From the NCBI GenBank assembly GCA_019828565.1, contig JAHDYR010000005.1:967342-1031341 (forward strand): 64,000 nucleotides of DNA, given 5' to 3'. This document shows, piece by piece, positions 62,034 through 64,000 of this stretch. This stretch comes from Carpediemonas membranifera BICM (Eukaryota; Protista; Fornicata). The first letter of the stretch is position 1; each line of letters opens with the position of its first letter. A program made the position numbers and the translations under genes. The notes under the pieces were generated by a model that made no database searches, was not told where the DNA came from, and was given only the letters and a program-made list of their open reading frames with translations.

Positions 62034-64000
62034 TCAGAGCTCCGCCCCGAGGAGCGCCATGGCACGGGCCTCGAGCTCCTCCTGCGTCTCCACGCGGGCC
62101 CGCTTCCCCGCCCCCACTATGCGGATCTCCTCGTTCCTGTCCCCGTCGGACTCGGGCTCGCTGGCCTCCTCCTCGTTGGCCTCCTCCGCGTCCTCCTCCG
62201 CGTGACCTGCCCTGTGCTTCCGTTTCTTCACAAGACGCTCCCTCGCCCGCCGCTTGGCGTCCCCGTCCGCGTCGAGTTGTGTCTGGGCGAGCTGGGCCGC
62301 CCGTTCGGCGACGGCCTGTGCAGTGACCTTCTCGCCGTATTCCTCGCTGTCGTCATCGAACACGATGTTCTCGTGCAGCTGCGGGCCAGCGGCAGTCCCA
62401 TCCTTCCGCAGCTTAGTCAGCTTCTTCCTCATCTGGCTCTTGCTGAGCTTCACGTCCTTCTTCGTCTGGGCGATCTCCCGGGCCGGCCCGATCATCTCGT
62501 CCATGTCCCCATCATCCTCGAGCAGCGCCTTGAGGTCCGCGTCATCTTCATCATCTGCCCCGGCGATCGTGTCGACCTCCACGCTGAGCTGCTCGCCCCA
62601 GCTCTTGCTGCTCTTACGCACCTGGCCCTTCGACTCACCCCTGATGATCGAATCGACCGACGCCATCAGAGCCTTCAGCCCAGCGCTGTCACCCTCGATC
62701 TTCTGCTGTCCGTGGAGCCGCTTGAGCATCGCCTTGGCCTCAGCGTCGCGCAGGCTCTTGATCTTGATGTCTGGCGGCGCAAGAAGCCCGATGCTCTTGC
62801 CGTAGGCCACCAGCTGGTTCGTCTCGCCCCCCATGTGGCGCTTGATGGCGTACACGGGCTTGAACGGGTTGATGGCCAGGAACGTCCCGAATGATTGGTA
62901 CGCCTTGGTCGCCAGCAGGGTCAGCTTGTCGAAGTCGGGTGACTCCGACATCGTGCGGTAGGCGTTGATGGTCTTCATGCCCTTCGTACGGAGCTCGGCG
63001 AGACCCTCCTCGCCCAGCACGCCCTTCTCCCTCAGCTTGGCCTCGAACGCCTCCTTCTGGGCATCGGAGTCGAGCAGGACGATCGCCTCCCCGTTCCTGC
63101 CAGCCCTGGCCGTCCGGCCGGCCCTGTGGATGTACTCGTCGACGGATGACGGGGCGTGGAACATAAGGACATGCTGGATGCCGTCACAGTCGATGCCGCG
63201 GGTGATGACGTCCGTGGTGAGGAGGACGCCCGCCTTGCACTCCTTGAACGCCTCGATCGACCGGAAGCCGACGTTGTTGCTCTGCTTGGACGCCCTGCAG
63301 TAAAGCCGGCCATGGAGCCGCAGCCCGTTGCCCTTCTGTAGGTCTGCATTCGCCTTGAGCTGTCCTAGAAGGCCGTAGTAGAACTTGACCTCCTGGATCG
63401 TGCTGAAGAAGACCACGATCTTCGCTGCAGAGTGCGTGTTGATGAAGTGCACGAGGAAGTTAAGCTGCCTCTCCAACGGCACCACGGCGCACCGCTGCAC
63501 CAGGGTCGACGGTAGCTTCTCGCGGGCCACGAGCAGCACGCGTTCGGGGTTGACGAGGAACTCGTCCGCAAGCTCCCTCACCCTGTCTCCGATGGTGGCA
63601 CTGAACATAAGCGTCTGCTCGCCCAACTTGGGGACGCTGTCGCCGCTGTCGTCGGTGTAGCGAGCCAGGAACTCGCCGCGGATCTCCTGGATCTGCTGGT
63701 CGAAGCCCTTCTCGAGCATGAGGTCGACCTCATCGATCACGACCGTGCTACAGTTGTCGAGGTTGAGCCCCTGCCTGGCGAGGTCGAGGAGCCTGCCCGG
63801 GGTCGCCACAATGACGTTCGTGTTGCGGAGACCGTCGAGCTCCTTCTCCAGAGACTTACCGGAGCCACCGATGGCGAGCCCAAATGTGAACCTGGTCTTG
63901 TGGAAGAAATCCTCGAGGTTCCTGAGGATCTGGTGGGCGAGGTCATGGGTCGGCGTGAGGATGAGAGCGCCGCACCCGTCATGGCTCCTGTCGAACTTGG
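62034..64000 (-). CDS. DDX10: DEAD-box RNA helicase, DDX10/Dbp4-like; 5' end beyond the window
   Basis: GALILTPTHDLAHQI, ATPGRLLD, DEVD, FSAT, RGID, YIHRAGRTARAG; C-terminal 'ELEARAMALL'. Confidence 0.8.
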   Translation of the reverse strand, partial: KFDRSHDGCGALILTPTHDLAHQILRNLEDFFHKTRFTFGLAIGGSGKSLEKELDGLRNTNVIVATPGRLLDLARQGLNLDNCSTVVIDEVDLMLEKGFDQQIQEIRGEFLARYTDDSGDSVPKLGEQTLMFSATIGDRVRELADEFLVNPERVLLVAREKLPSTLVQRCAVVPLERQLNFLVHFINTHSAAKIVVFFSTIQEVKFYYGLLGQLKANADLQKGNGLRLHGRLYCRASKQSNNVGFRSIEAFKECKAGVLLTTDVITRGIDCDGIQHVLMFHAPSSVDEYIHRAGRTARAGRNGEAIVLLDSDAQKEAFEAKLREKGVLGEEGLAELRTKGMKTINAYRTMSESPDFDKLTLLATKAYQSFGTFLAINPFKPVYAIKRHMGGETNQLVAYGKSIGLLAPPDIKIKSLRDAEAKAMLKRLHGQQKIEGDSAGLKALMASVDSIIRGESKGQVRKSSKSWGEQLSVEVDTIAGADDEDDADLKALLEDDGDMDEMIGPAREIAQTKKDVKLSKSQMRKKLTKLRKDGTAAGPQLHENIVFDDDSEEYGEKVTAQAVAERAAQLAQTQLDADGDAKRRARERLVKKRKHRAGHAEEDAEEANEEEASEPESDGDRNEEIRIVGAGKRARVETQEELEARAMALLGAEL

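Noticed and set aside
1-64000. Prokaryotic operon or defence island; alternative genetic code
   Set aside because: Eukaryote-specific genes and spliceosomal introns are present; TAA, TAG and TGA all terminate conserved genes.

Overview
Gene-dense, GC-rich eukaryotic nuclear DNA using the standard genetic code. It has short intergenic gaps and rare, very uniform 28-29-nt spliceosomal introns. The intron style and anaerobe genes such as a flavodiiron protein suggest a fornicate/metamonad protist resembling Carpediemonas (inference). About 35 genes are recognisable by eye: eIF3a, ARPC5, Rad17, RCC1-repeat proteins, PRKRIP1, a histone H3 variant, MLF x3, a four-domain Cav channel, a C2 protein, CEP19, zeta-COP, SYS1, a TmcB-like protein, GPCPD1, MLH1, CNNM, FDP, a homeodomain protein, a CCCH protein and DDX10. 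Most notable: (1) decayed Fanzor-like (eukaryotic TnpB, RNA-guided nuclease) fragments at 29.4-33.2 kb, with a structured omegaRNA-like trailer and a 27-nt motif in three copies, each followed by a different flank; (2) a ~1.24-kb tandem array that creates tail-less H3 genes and ends in an H3-fragment-Nudix fusion; (3) a P-loop kinase fused to the LARP1 DM15 cap-binding domain; (4) a prokaryote-type PocR sensor fused to a degenerate cyclic-nucleotide PDE, visible only after splicing; (5) a catalytically dead GDH paralogue; (6) a giant two-TM ENaC/ASIC-topology protein. All family assignments come from motif recognition, not database searches.
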